A stretch of DNA of 64,000 nucleotides from Catajapyx aquilonaris (Eukaryota): NCBI GenBank assembly GCA_000934665.2, contig KZ538148.1, positions 1 through 64,000 on the forward strand, read 5' to 3'. The translations under genes were made by a program, and so were the position numbers. Below the pieces are notes generated by a model. It was not told the DNA's origin and ran no database searches. It was given only the letters and a program-made list of their open reading frames with translations. Positions 38,701 to 51,000 of this stretch are shown piece after piece. The number at the start of each line of letters is the position of its first letter. Positions within the stretch are counted from its first letter, which is position 1.

Positions 38701-41700
38701 AGCTGTGAAATTGGATGCTCGGGGCTCCCAACCCACGCCCAAAGCAAGCCTGAGCCCACTGTATAATGAGGCTTTTCGTGGGGATGACGGCTGGCGGTTT
38801 GTTTTCTTCTGCTGGGTTCTCGGTTAATCAATCATACAGGGGGGGATTTTTTTTTCGGTGAGAAAACTTTGCACCATGTCTCGTCAGGGCTTCGCATGAT
38901 CCACCTGCTGGATTTTTATCTCTCATTCGGGACTGAAAATGTGGGGCGCGAGGGAATCCCAATGTTTGCGCAGATGGACTGTGCTTTTAGTCCATGGTGG
39001 GTGTGCCTGGGGTTACAAGTTGACATCTGTATGTAGTACCAAGAAAAGCAAGCTGTTGTCAACGGCGTTGCAGTAACGAATGAACGGCGCCTGTAATACG
39101 ACTCGTTTGGTTAACAAAATTATTCGACGATAATTTGACGGCGCCTCAAAGGGATTCCGACTGCTATGGTCTCGTTATATTCGGTTTGTGTCAAGAGAGG
39201 GTTCAGTACGCTCCAGTTTGCAGAGTTGGGACTTTTTGGATAGAGTATAATTGCAGTTTCTAGTCGGTCGGGCCTTTAAAAACAGCTGGCAAATCCCCAT
39301 GCGCGCAAGTACCGTAGTCCTCCCGTGATTGCTTCCTTTAGCGCGACATTTGCAGGCGATGAGAAGAAAATCCTAAAACAACCGAATCATGCGGGGATAG
39401 ACCGACTTGATTTGAAATCCAAACCAGCCCTTTCGTTCTGCAATCCTGGGTTTATCCAGCGCTAAGGCAACCTTTTATGTAAATGAACTGCCCCGTGTTC
39501 CTCAAAATAAACCTCGTTTTAGGCTTCCACATGGACTGGTTTGATTCTCATCGCCTCTGTTTACGCTTTCCTGAGACTCCTAGCCAGTTGCGAGGCTCCA
39601 CTGAGAGCGCTTTAAAATATTGCAGCCGGAAATTCGGGTCAAAAATCGGAAAAGCAGCTGCACGGAACGTTGTTCTCGTTGGTTTCATCCAGCAGCAGTT
39701 ATCCATGCCCTGACTCCAGCCAGCCTCCCCNCCCCCCCCCCCCCCCCCCTACTCGGTACAAGTGGGACTAAAAGATAGCCCATCTCTTTGGGCCGGAACT
39801 CATTTCGTCCAGATGCGCCGTGCATAGGAGCCTAGTTGGATCCCCCTACCCTGCACTCTCCGCTTATGAATTCAAATGAAAACTATCTCGGGGAGGAAGG
39901 AGTTCGAGGACGCGCGCAACCATTCGCTTTACACGGCGTGGGGCAAAAACGAATCGTTGTAGCTTTTGCCCCCTCTCCACTCGTTTTTTTTTTTTTTTCA
40001 TACTGAAAAACTCACTTCTACCCCCCTCGGCCTGCACCAAGAAACTTGCTGGCTTAATTGGAATTTCATGGATTATGGGGAGGATGCGCGCGACATTTTG
40101 CACCGCGCGGCTAAATTAATAAGGACTGCTTGCGGCGTGAATTAATTTTGCGGCAGCCTGCAATTGAAGTAAATTAGCGGGGGGGCTTCTCTTCCACTCT
40201 CCCCTACCCACACACTTTTTTCTTACAAAATGTGATGCCAACAACCGAAAGTTTTTTCGAGTTAGGTGGGATTTGCGCAGGATTTTTGTTTGTAAGTGTG
40301 ATGGAATTTACCATGTAAATTACCGGGGTACAGCTTACAGTGTAGCGGCAAAGTGCGCCGTAATGTACTAAGCAAGGTATTTGGGGATTAGTTTACAGAA
40401 CTGATGGTACAAATACTAAAATATTAATAGTGTGAGTGGAGCGAAGCCGGGTGGTTTTGATCATGTTGCAGCAGCGTCAACCAGTCAGAATGGCTTTTCC
40501 GGCGGCAGTTGCAGAGCTGCGGCGCTGGCTGAAAGTATCCAAAGGGATAAAAAGAGCAAACTATTACACTCCATGCCGTTGAATTTCATTTAGTTGGACT
40601 TTCTGCGTGGAAACTTGCAGCGGGGGGGGGGGNNNNNNNNNNNNNNGGAGTAGTTGAGCCTATTTAGTACCGCGATTCTGCGGAGTGAGAGAGTTTGGGG
40701 CAGCCGGGTTTTGAAAATTTGCAGGTGGTCCCACACAAGTGCGTGGTGCAACATTACCATAGTTGTTGAAGGCTGTTCACTGCCACTGGTTATTTGGCGG
40801 GCCAAGGGACCCCAGAAGCGGGGATCCAATATGTTGACCATTGGGAAGACGCGCCAGCAGCCAAACACCAGATGCAGTCTCTCGGAGAGAAAGGGTTAAA
40901 AAAAAGAGAGGGAGAGGAAAAAGGGACTGTTGTTGGCCAGTAGCGGCTTGCAGTCGTGATTGTGTGATTGCCAGGATTTTCTCAAATGGTTCTCCGAACT
41001 GACCGTTGGGCCTGTGCCAAGATTAGGGAAAGCGACAGACTATGGAGTGTGTGCAATTTTACTGATTCTCGCCTGGTAGCACATGGTAACAACCAGGCTT
41101 GATTCACTGCTTTGTATAGGAGTGCGCGCCTGTTTTCTTCGCGGATATGATTTTAAATTCAAATTGGAATTTGTATCCGCGCTAGAAAGGTTTTCTGAGC
41201 CCACTCGCTCCCAGGAAATGAGCCTCATAAATACATCTTGCGCCCAAAGACACCAATTACGTCAAATGACGATTTATCTAGTCCCCGCGGGGGGAAGGGG
41301 ATATTCTTTGCGGGATATCTCTATTAATGGGGGGGGGGGGGGNGGGGGATGTTTCTGCGTCTTGCTACTAGGGTAAAGTAATGCCCTTGTTTGGAGGCTG
41401 ATTTCGTATGTCCTGCCCCATACCCTGGTTAGTCTAGGCTCGTAAGTTCCGTTTCTCTTCCCCTGCCTCCTTTACCCCCCCTCCCGCTCTTACTCCCACT
41501 AGGAAGAAGCCAGAAACAAGGCCCGGGCAACATACATCAGGCATCAAGAAATCCCTGCCTGAAAAGGGCGGAATCCGGCAATTTATTGGGGCCGGAGAAT
41601 GAGACTGGGAGGCCGCATTATTACAGGGGGCTCCACTGCCGAATGATTTATACGGCCGCAAGTCTCGCCTCTTTCTCCTTTCGGCCGACAGCAGAACTTG

Positions 41701-42837
41701 AGACAAAGGCCGAGGTTAGTTCCCGGATCATCCCCGGGGGGCCTCGGGAAAGTAACATGTAGGCCAAGTCAATATAATCAAGCTCGGGTTTTTTTCCCCC
41801 CCATTTTCTATTCATGCAAGGCGAGGGGGGTTGATGAAATGATTAACAAATCGTGCAACATTATTTTATTTCCCCTCTGCTAGCAGCCCTCGTTATGGGA
41901 AAATAAGAGCTAGCTCAAAATCATATTATGAATAGATTGCAACAGGCAGTGCCCGGCCCTAATTCAGTTTCGATTGGTTATCGAAACACGCAATATTCAT
42001 GGGGACAGATTGATTTGAAACGTGACAAATGTGGATGTGACATGAAATTTCATCAGTAGATAAATAAGAACACTATTTCACATCAGTATATTATAATGAC
42101 CAAGCCGGCTGCAATTAATTATGATATGTCATTATTATGCAGATAACAATCATTAACTAAAGCCCCCACTTCTTTTTTTTTTGTCCGTGCAGTGCGCGCG
42201 TACCAAAAATAATCCAGATTGCGCTAGTCAGTTCCGGAATATAATTCCCCAAATTGTCCGGCGTTTTGCACACTAAATCCCGATAGTTGATAATGGTTTA
42301 GACCCAGTGACAATAATGCGTCGGTTTGTGTTTTTAATATGTAAATGAGCAGGGTGCAAAATGTACCGATCGGCATCGCCATAGCGACTATTATGTGAAA
42401 CATTGATCTTACGACCGCAACACATGAACCCCCCCCCCCCCNCAATGGAGTTTCCTCTCCTCTTTTTTTTATTTTTATTTTTTTGTTCCACCCACCACGC
42501 CAACACAGTGGATGCTGGTATGTCGGCAGTTGTGGCTGGCATGAGAGAGCTTATTGAACGGGAGGGCCCCCTCTCTAAAAACCCTTTGTGATCCGCATGT
42601 GAGTTCTCGGCGTGTGTTTCCAATTAAGATAAAAATCGGGCGGGGCCTGCCGAAGTGTCCGGCCTTGACGGCCGGGCTCTTTGCTTGCCATCCAGGAAAT
42701 TTTCCAGGATTGGCAACGACTTACAGTTTGGTCTGGGAGTCTGGAAAATGTACTAGGTGGGGGCCAACTGGTACCGCCGGTACCAAGGAATTAAACATGA
42801 AATATCATGGCAGGGGAAATGATAATTTTTTCTCGCC

Positions 42838-42839
<2 letters not shown>

Positions 42840-42880
<41 letters not shown>
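42840..42880 (+). repeat. (CT)20 microsatellite
   Basis: Direct reading. Confidence 0.96.
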
Positions 42881-42883
<3 letters not shown>

Positions 42884-44529
42884 TTTTTTTCCTACCCAGT
42901 CTTTCCCTCTCGGCAGAAAAAAGCGAGGGTTTTTGGGGGACACGGTCGTAAAATATGAGGAACTCGGTGTGTCCAGAGCTACGTGTCTGGCGGAAACAGT
43001 TTTTAATAAAGCGCCGTCGTCGCAAAGCGTGGGAGGGCTAATAAAATGAGCCGTATGGAGGGGAGGGGGGGGGGGGAAGCTAGAAGAACGACTGGTGAAT
43101 TTCCAGCCGCTCCTATGAGGTCATTCATATCCGGGCGGGAAGGAAGAAGCATGACTTTTGCTACCGGACTCGGTCAAATCCTTTTCCGGAATTCAAGTGG
43201 AAATAATCTGGTTCTTAGCGCTATGCTGTGGCGGTTGGGTTTGCACAGAAGGGAGTGGATGAACTATCTCATGGCAGTGTGTTCATTTGCATGTACCCAC
43301 CATCCAGCCTCCACACCCTTCCTGCTGCATGTATGGGGCTAGCTCGCTCCCCCAGCCAATTTCATCACGTCCGCACGCAACTAACTCGAGCAGATATGCC
43401 ATTATGTCCTTTATGGGACGTTGGCTCGCTTTATGCTGTTGGTGTACTGTATCTTACCATCGCTGGGCATAAATCCTCCTTGCTATTGAGACTTACCCTG
43501 TTGGCCTACAAGTGGGGGTGCACCGATGGGTTTGGTACGACCCGGCTGGATGTAGTCGCTTGTCAATTAGTGTGTAATTAAGTCAATTAGCAGCCCGATG
43601 TGTTGACCGTGTTGATTTATAGGTGATGTGTTAAAGAGTGCATGCCGAGACTATTGTTGGCTTCAAAGGTACCGTTGAGCAGCTTTTGTTCGTTCATTAA
43701 TTGACCTTTATCTGATAGATAAATAGATAACCGTGCCCCTCAGTTGGAGTTGTGTTATTTTTTGGGCAGAGACTTGCCGTGGAAAGGACCTGCTCTGGGT
43801 TTTACGGCCTTTTTGACTGAGAAATATTTTATGGGAAATTGTGATAATGCTGCTCGAAGTTATTAGAAACGTTAGTTTTACGTGAGGAACTTTCCCCCAG
43901 AATGTCATACACCGGAAATGTCGAGAACTGATGTGCTATCTGCACTTTTTAATATACACTGAAAAAACCTCATCAGAAAGCAAACAAATAATCTGTAATG
44001 GACAAGTTGTCGCTGAATCCAGGCATCATACAGACAGGTTTCACTGCTATGGATGATTTAATTAGATGGATTTTTATTGTCGTAAGCCTATTAATGGTAA
44101 GGGTGCCACATGCCGTGCCGTTACGCCTATCACATTTGAGGAGTGTGATAGAAAAAGGTGATAACCCACAAAAGTGTCATTTTTCAGGAGAGCGACTTGA
44201 AGTTTGCACTCTCTTCACAAATCATAGGGAATGCGGGTTTTGAGCTAGCCCGCGTGTTGCCGTCTCGTGCATGATACGTGAACTTGGAGTATACCACACT
44301 GTTTGTCATGTCTTTTACATAGTTCCTAGGAGTTTACGTCAGAAATGACCAAAATGGGGGTTAGCACCTTTTTCCACCACACTCCTCATTTGTTAAATTC
44401 AAAGTGTAATGGGAGAAAACTTTATTTGTTGCTTCCATCCTTGAATCATTTGTTTCAGGAAATACGATGATATTATCTCACTCGTGATCATTATGATTTA
44501 CCCTGTCATGCGAGTGAACCAACTTACGT

Positions 44530-44734
44530 GTTTTTTTGTTGTTGCCTTTTAGCAATAATTAAGGATGGGAGAAAGGCACGTAATAGTGGCTTATTTTATG
44601 ACATGTCCGTCACTTGAGAACCTCGAAACGACTGAGAAAATCTGCAGGCAACCTTAACCGGGTTAGCCGGCACCGGAAATCGAACCCGATACCACCCATG
44701 ACAACCTGGCGCATTTCCCGCTGCGCTAGACTGC
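44530..44734 (-). mobile_element. Probable degenerate tRNA-derived SINE
   Basis: On the minus strand 44734-44666 has an A box TAGCGCAGCGG, D-stem GCGC/GCGC and T-arm TCGGG-TTCGATT-TCCGG (B box). Acceptor and anticodon stems do not pair. It is followed by ~130 nt and an AACAACAAAAAAA-like tail. Confidence 0.45.
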
Positions 44735-45004
44735 TTCGGTAGTAAACACGAGAATTCCCTTTGCCAAGCTCGTTCCATGGGAAGTGGGACAAAGTGTCCC
44801 TTTGACTCGAAACTCTGGGGAAAAAATGCATGGATATCAGATTTGGAGGTGTCAATAAAGTTATATGATTTTATTTGCTGAAGTACCCACAATACAGTAT
44901 CTGGGAAAGATTTCATTCGTACAGTAGCATATTTTTATGTCAAAGTTAGGGCTCCAAGGCGAGGGAGTAAATATTGATATATTGTGGACTGCTGGAATGA
45001 TGAG

Positions 45005-45033
45005 ATGAATGCATAAATTATTTATGCATTCAT
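45005..45033. repeat. Perfect 14-bp inverted repeat with 1-nt spacer
   Basis: ATGAATGCATAAAT-T-ATTTATGCATTCAT. Confidence 0.9.
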
Positions 45034-48000
45034 GTTATAGAGGCATCCTAGTTACATCACAGACATTATTAAGGCACAAGCGGGCAAGCTAATAATCCCC
45101 CAGAGCATACAGGAAGTAAATGTGTATAATTATAATAGTGACGAATTTTGCTGACCATGCAAAATTATCATGGATTTATCATGCATGCATCACCACTAAC
45201 TTTCCATAGCGAAAATATTTATGGGAAATTATAGCGATAGTTAAAATTTTCCCCAATATGTTGCTACATTTATTAGTTTTGACGGCACTACACACACATG
45301 CTGGAAATAAATGATGGCAATACGTATGTATGGGATGTCGAAACATTGACGATATACACTGCTTTCTGTGTATATCGCATATTTTCAACAAGTAATATTA
45401 TGGTGCCCTAATCCCTAAAAATTTGTGGTACCGAGGCAATCTGCAGGTATGTTAAGACGAAGTGGCGCTGGCGCCGCTAATGTTTGAGCCGGTGGATATC
45501 CCCACAACTAAAATGCGAGATGGGGTGTGTAGGCATGGGCAGAAACCTAGTCAGTCATTTACGGTAACTGGCGTATTACAGGGAAACGAGAGAGTGGTTG
45601 TGTACAAGTGCTGATAAAAAATACTATCCAGTACTACTGAAGTATTTCCGTTTGATTCATTGTTGCTCATAATATGTATCGTGAGATTTATCATTTGATT
45701 TGCCTCGATATACAGTACATACATTATTTACGTTCATTTTGATTCTACATATATAGGTCTACCTATGTCGCATTCTCTGAAATGTCAGTCAAATAATAGT
45801 TGCAAACTGAAACCCGTAGATTTTGTAATTCATACGCAGGAGGCATGGCAGCACGAAAAAATCAGTCAAATTGCAGGTATAGCCATATCAGTTTGTAAGC
45901 TGGATTCTATTTAAGTGCATTATGATTGTTACAGAGGAGGGTTGGATAAGTATAAGCCGAGAGTGCTGTGAGTTCAGCCTGACCACATTGGCAGCCTATG
46001 TATTAACTTCTCTTGTTCATGGCCGAATAACTGGCGCAGGAGTAATTATGGATGCTATAAAGCCTTTCATGTGGCCCCTTTTGCCCCTGTGATGTATACT
46101 CCGTGGTGAATAAGAGAGGATCATAGGTTCGGGATGTTGTAAGGTTAACAAATTAGCACCGTTAAGCTCCTCGGTCGTTCACGCTCTTGCTATATTGAAG
46201 TTTTGGAAAATTGTGTCACTGAAAGTCGACCGAGGCATGTTTCTAGGCAAGTAGTAAAATTATGTTTCAAGTTTTGGTGTCCTTTTATATTTCACACATT
46301 TCGTCCGAAGTTGTTTTTTTTTTGTAGCATTTTGTCCCACGTGGAGGTGCTCAATTATATAGTAGCTCCTATATTTGACCATCCATGAGAATTATTTCGC
46401 ACCTCGGTTGGGACGCAAAAAGTTACAACAACAACAATAACAACTAAAAGAAACGTAAAACGCAATGTGTAGGATGAGTTTGTTAATACTAGTTCAGTAA
46501 AAATATAATAAAATAGGCAGCTCCTTTATATACCAGTTGGTCTTGTACGAGACACTTCAGTAAACATGATTAGTTGCTTAAGAAATGAAATGAATTTTTA
46601 CCGAAGATAACTGACGTAACCGACTGAATATTTGATCATCTTTGAATTAAAATGTTTTGAACTTTTTAGTGATTCATTACAGGCTTTGTAAAGATACCGT
46701 TACTGCATTGTGCTCAGATGTAATGAAACTGTCGCATGCTGTTCGATGTTATAGGGTAATTGAAGTAACCCTCGGAGTACCCTTTACCTTCAGGCGTGTC
46801 AGTGTCGACGTGGCACTTGTGCGTCGCTCTCTACCCGTATAACGCTGAAATGTTAGCCCTTTTCTTCAAAATTGTGGTAAATGTCATGTTACGTTAGAAG
46901 GCCGCTCTCTCTTTCTATTAGATGCACATGCCCACAGCTTGATTGGAAAAAAATGTCACGGTGTGTTATAAGTAGGTTTTAAATACTAATTAATCGTTTT
47001 TAACTTTTCGTGTACAGAAATACGTGTTGGGAGACCGATGGCAATTATTTCTACCCTTTTTCAATCTGTGAAGTTATTTTGCCAAAATTCTGCGTTGACT
47101 TGGGCCCAGCGTAAATTGTCAGAAAACCTGGCATTTTTCTTGGTCGGCAAAAAAACAACAATCACAATCGTTGCCTGAGCCTCACTTTCTCAAGTCTGCA
47201 ATAAATTCTCACATAAACACAAAAGTTTCGATTTTCGCCAATTTTCTGAGAAAATCTGAGCTCCCTGAACACCCCCTAATTGCATGTTATCATGTTTTAG
47301 GAGGTATTTTTTGCGTGAGTAGTCTAGGAATACTTCTCAAATCGTGGCCACAGGCTCTGCACCAAGTGGGCGGGCACGTTTGGAACGATTCGAGGGAGAA
47401 ATCTCCCCGAAGATTCGAGTTCGCCGGGAAGAGAGGGCATTGCCAAAGATGTGTTCGGACCGAAGTATGGACTGTGTCGAGGGCAAATACAGCGTATAGT
47501 GAACGCTGCTGGGGTGAGATCATGTTACTTTTTGAACCAATGGAGTTCCAGAGAAGAGACTGTTAGAAATGTGCCAGAGAAAAATATTCACATTTGTTTA
47601 TTTGAGTTTTGAAACAGGCTGATACAACGCCACTCCCCGATAATGCGAGATATTAACAAAGGGAATTATTTGGAGGGAGGGGGATATATATTTTCTTCTT
47701 CTTCCAAAAGTTGCGTTAATAAAACGTGCCCTTCGATTCGTTTCAAATTTCTGAGACGTTCTCGAGTTGTTTTTGGAACTCGAACCCCATTCCGGAGGGC
47801 GACTAATCCATCATTTACACCATTGCCATACTTCCGGACTGTCGACTTTGGCAGAATAGCATCCTGTATATACTGTATCTCATGTCAGATTAACCTCGGG
47901 AATGAGAGAGTCGCATATTGTACAGGTCAAACTGTTGTCACACTGTTAGCGAAATGACTTATCGGAAAACTTATGAAGTAACATCGATTTCGGTGTTATT

Positions 48001-51000
48001 ACCGTAGAAATTAGGAATTTGTCACAATCACTTAGCGTAGCCTACTCTTGGTAACAGCTGGCAAATGCGCAGATAATTTTTTCGTGTCATATACAGTATA
48101 TATACTATATAGCGGACAAAGAAGTTGAGACGGTTTTGAATTTCACTTTAATTCGAAATCTTCTCAATCTTTTTGGTTGCAGTAGTGCATTTTGTACGGA
48201 TATATCCGCCTGTTACATTACATTTGCCTCGAGTTACAATACTGCATATCTATGGAGCGATGAGTGCAAACTGTTAAGAGTGCTCTTCCCTACTGTGCTT
48301 AATGAATGTTTATTCTTCCAATCTGCCTGGAATAGACTCGGTGAAGCTAATAAGGTAGATATATGGACGTCATTTTTTTTTTTTAGCTACTGGCACTCCA
48401 CTATTGGATCATGTGTAAAAACCGGAATCTAATTATGAGATCAGGACAGTGATTGGTTAGAACATTTCTAAACACCACGAGCGTAGAGTGGTAATTTAGG
48501 TTGAGGGCTAAAACTACCAGATAATGAGTTGCTATTTTCTGTCATGTACAGTAATTGAAGCACTCACGAATGAGAAAATGGGAAGGATCACTCTGTCTTG
48601 TAAAAAGTGTCTTTTGTAAAGAATTAAGTGTATGGGGAAATAAGTTTTTAAGGCTTTTATATGATGGGTTTTAAGTAAAACCCTTCAAGGCCCTATTATT
48701 TGATGGAATGGATTAAGCTCCTTATGGTCGAAGGCATTGCCGTCATAAACTCGATTTTGCGGAAATGGGACTTCAACAACTTCTCATTTGGGGCCTAACG
48801 TTATTCCCAGTGCAAATCAACTTGATAATTGTATTCTCCCTGGAAAACTGGGCTGTTCCACAGTTTCCTATATGAGAATGAAATTCTGAAAACTTTTGGG
48901 AATGTAAATCTTGTGGAGATTGATTTTTTAAACACGAATTTTTACTCCATTACCACTAATGAAAATATGGAGATCACTTGTGTATTGGTGGAGGATGATG
49001 TGGCACTTTTGCTTTCCATGCATTATTGGTGATTTAGCCGTAATTTATTTGCAAAAAGGGAGAGGAAATAACAACCCAGTATTCGATTAATTCAGATTTG
49101 AAAAATGCTATAGATATGATTCGGGACAACCCCCAGTTTTGGCCCCATGTCCTGGCGGGCTTTCTACTCTTCGGTATCAAATTGGCTCCTCCTGTAATCC
49201 ATCATCATTTATACTTGTCTCTATTAATACACCTAAGAAAATGACTAAGAGGATTACTGAGAGCTGCTTGCTACCGCCTCTTCTGAGTCCTGGGCTCCTG
49301 ATTTACAGAGTTGAATAGCTGCTCTGTTTTAGTTACGACTATCCCGGTATTGTATTTAAAAATGAGCTTCGTTTTTCCCCCTGCTATTATTAAACGAACT
49401 TTCCGATGCGAAATGTGAGCCTTTGCAGATATCGACGGCTACGGTTTGGGTAATAGTTCCGCCTAAATTGATCCCGCTTCAATTAATTTGAGACGAGATT
49501 TTCCTGCATATTAAAACCGAGACACTTGATCCGGCTGGGCGATATGAAATTCTCATCTCTCCCTCCACCCCCTCCTTCCCTTCCTCCCTCCCTCTCATCC
49601 CCGCCCCCTCCAGCAGCCATGAGGTGAAACTGATAGGCTTTAGCATGAAAAACATTGGGTGAGGAAAATATCACTTACAATGGTACCTTCTCTTGTGAAG
49701 GCAGCTCTGCGGCAGTTGCCTAGGGTGAGCGTTGCCGTTCTTCTTTTGTCTTGGGCATAAAACTTGGGACCTGAGATGGAAGGCTATTGTAAAGAGCGCG
49801 AGCTAAATCAAAAGTGGAGTTTGTCAGTTTCTCAAGGAGGAGAAGTCAATCTGTCTTTCCGCCTGAAGGAATAATATGTCTCTGCTTTCCCCCCACCCCC
49901 GTAAGGAGAAAATGAATGCCTTGGAATTATCCAGCCGAATAACGAAAGGCTCCGGAGTATGCCTTTGAAGAAGAAGGGGAGAAAAAAATCATAAAAGATA
50001 TATTTTCTGGAACGAAGGAGGAATCGAAGCGTTCGGTTTTTTGGGGAAACTTTTCTCGTCAAGACACGGGATGAAGAATCAGGTGGACTGCAATCCTGTT
50101 ATTCGGGAGAAATGTGGAACTGCGAGTTTGGGGGAAGAAAAAAGATGCGTCCCAGGCAAGCAAGCTTTGTACATTTGCCGGCATATAGACATCATAGAGT
50201 ATCCTACTTCAAAGAATATTCGACTGAACACCGGTATTAATTTATGAATGCTGCTACTCCGGCTGAACTGGGTAATGCCACCAAAAACCGAGCTCTTACG
50301 CTGCGTTTGTGGAATTAGGCGGCAGGTTATTCTGGAAACGAGACGCAAGGGTACTTTGCCGGACTCTTTGATGATACCTGGAGCTTTTTGCGATCAAACA
50401 GCATTCGTCACTAAATTAGCCGAGTGTCTCGGTTTGTCGTCTTGGGACTTGTCTGGTTTTTTGCGAGCGAAGATGGGAAGTGCAATGGAGGTCATTAATG
50501 GGCCGAGTAAGGGAGTGGGGAAGTGAGGCAAGGCAATAAGTGGGATTTGGTCAGCTGGACTGGGTGACGATCCTTCTGCCATGGTCGTCTCCCGAGAGAA
50601 GCCAGTCAGCCCGCACTGCTTGTAAGCGGAAATTGCTGACAGGAGCTCGTTAACAGGAATTGCAAGGGGATTTCGGTCCCTAAGTCGAGCTGGACGACGT
50701 GGCTTCTTCTTCTGGCGAAACCTCTCCCTCCCCAGCCTCTTCCGACCCCTCCCAAACCGCTAATCGATGGCAGATCGATCCTTGGCGATTTACCGTCGTC
50801 ATACTTCTTTACAGCGTCACCGATACAGAACTGCTGGAGGATCAGCCCTCCTCCGGTAATGGAAGTTGGGACTCGCGTGCAGGAGAAGGCGTCCATTTGT
50901 GGGGGTGGTAGGAGATCAATGACGTTACCAGTTGGAACGCCCCATTCCACTCAAAGGGTGGCTGCTGCCGGATTCTGGGCCAGTTCGGAAACTTAGATTG

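Noticed and set aside
44666..44734. Functional tRNA gene
   Set aside because: Acceptor and anticodon stems do not pair; treated as a SINE-like remnant.
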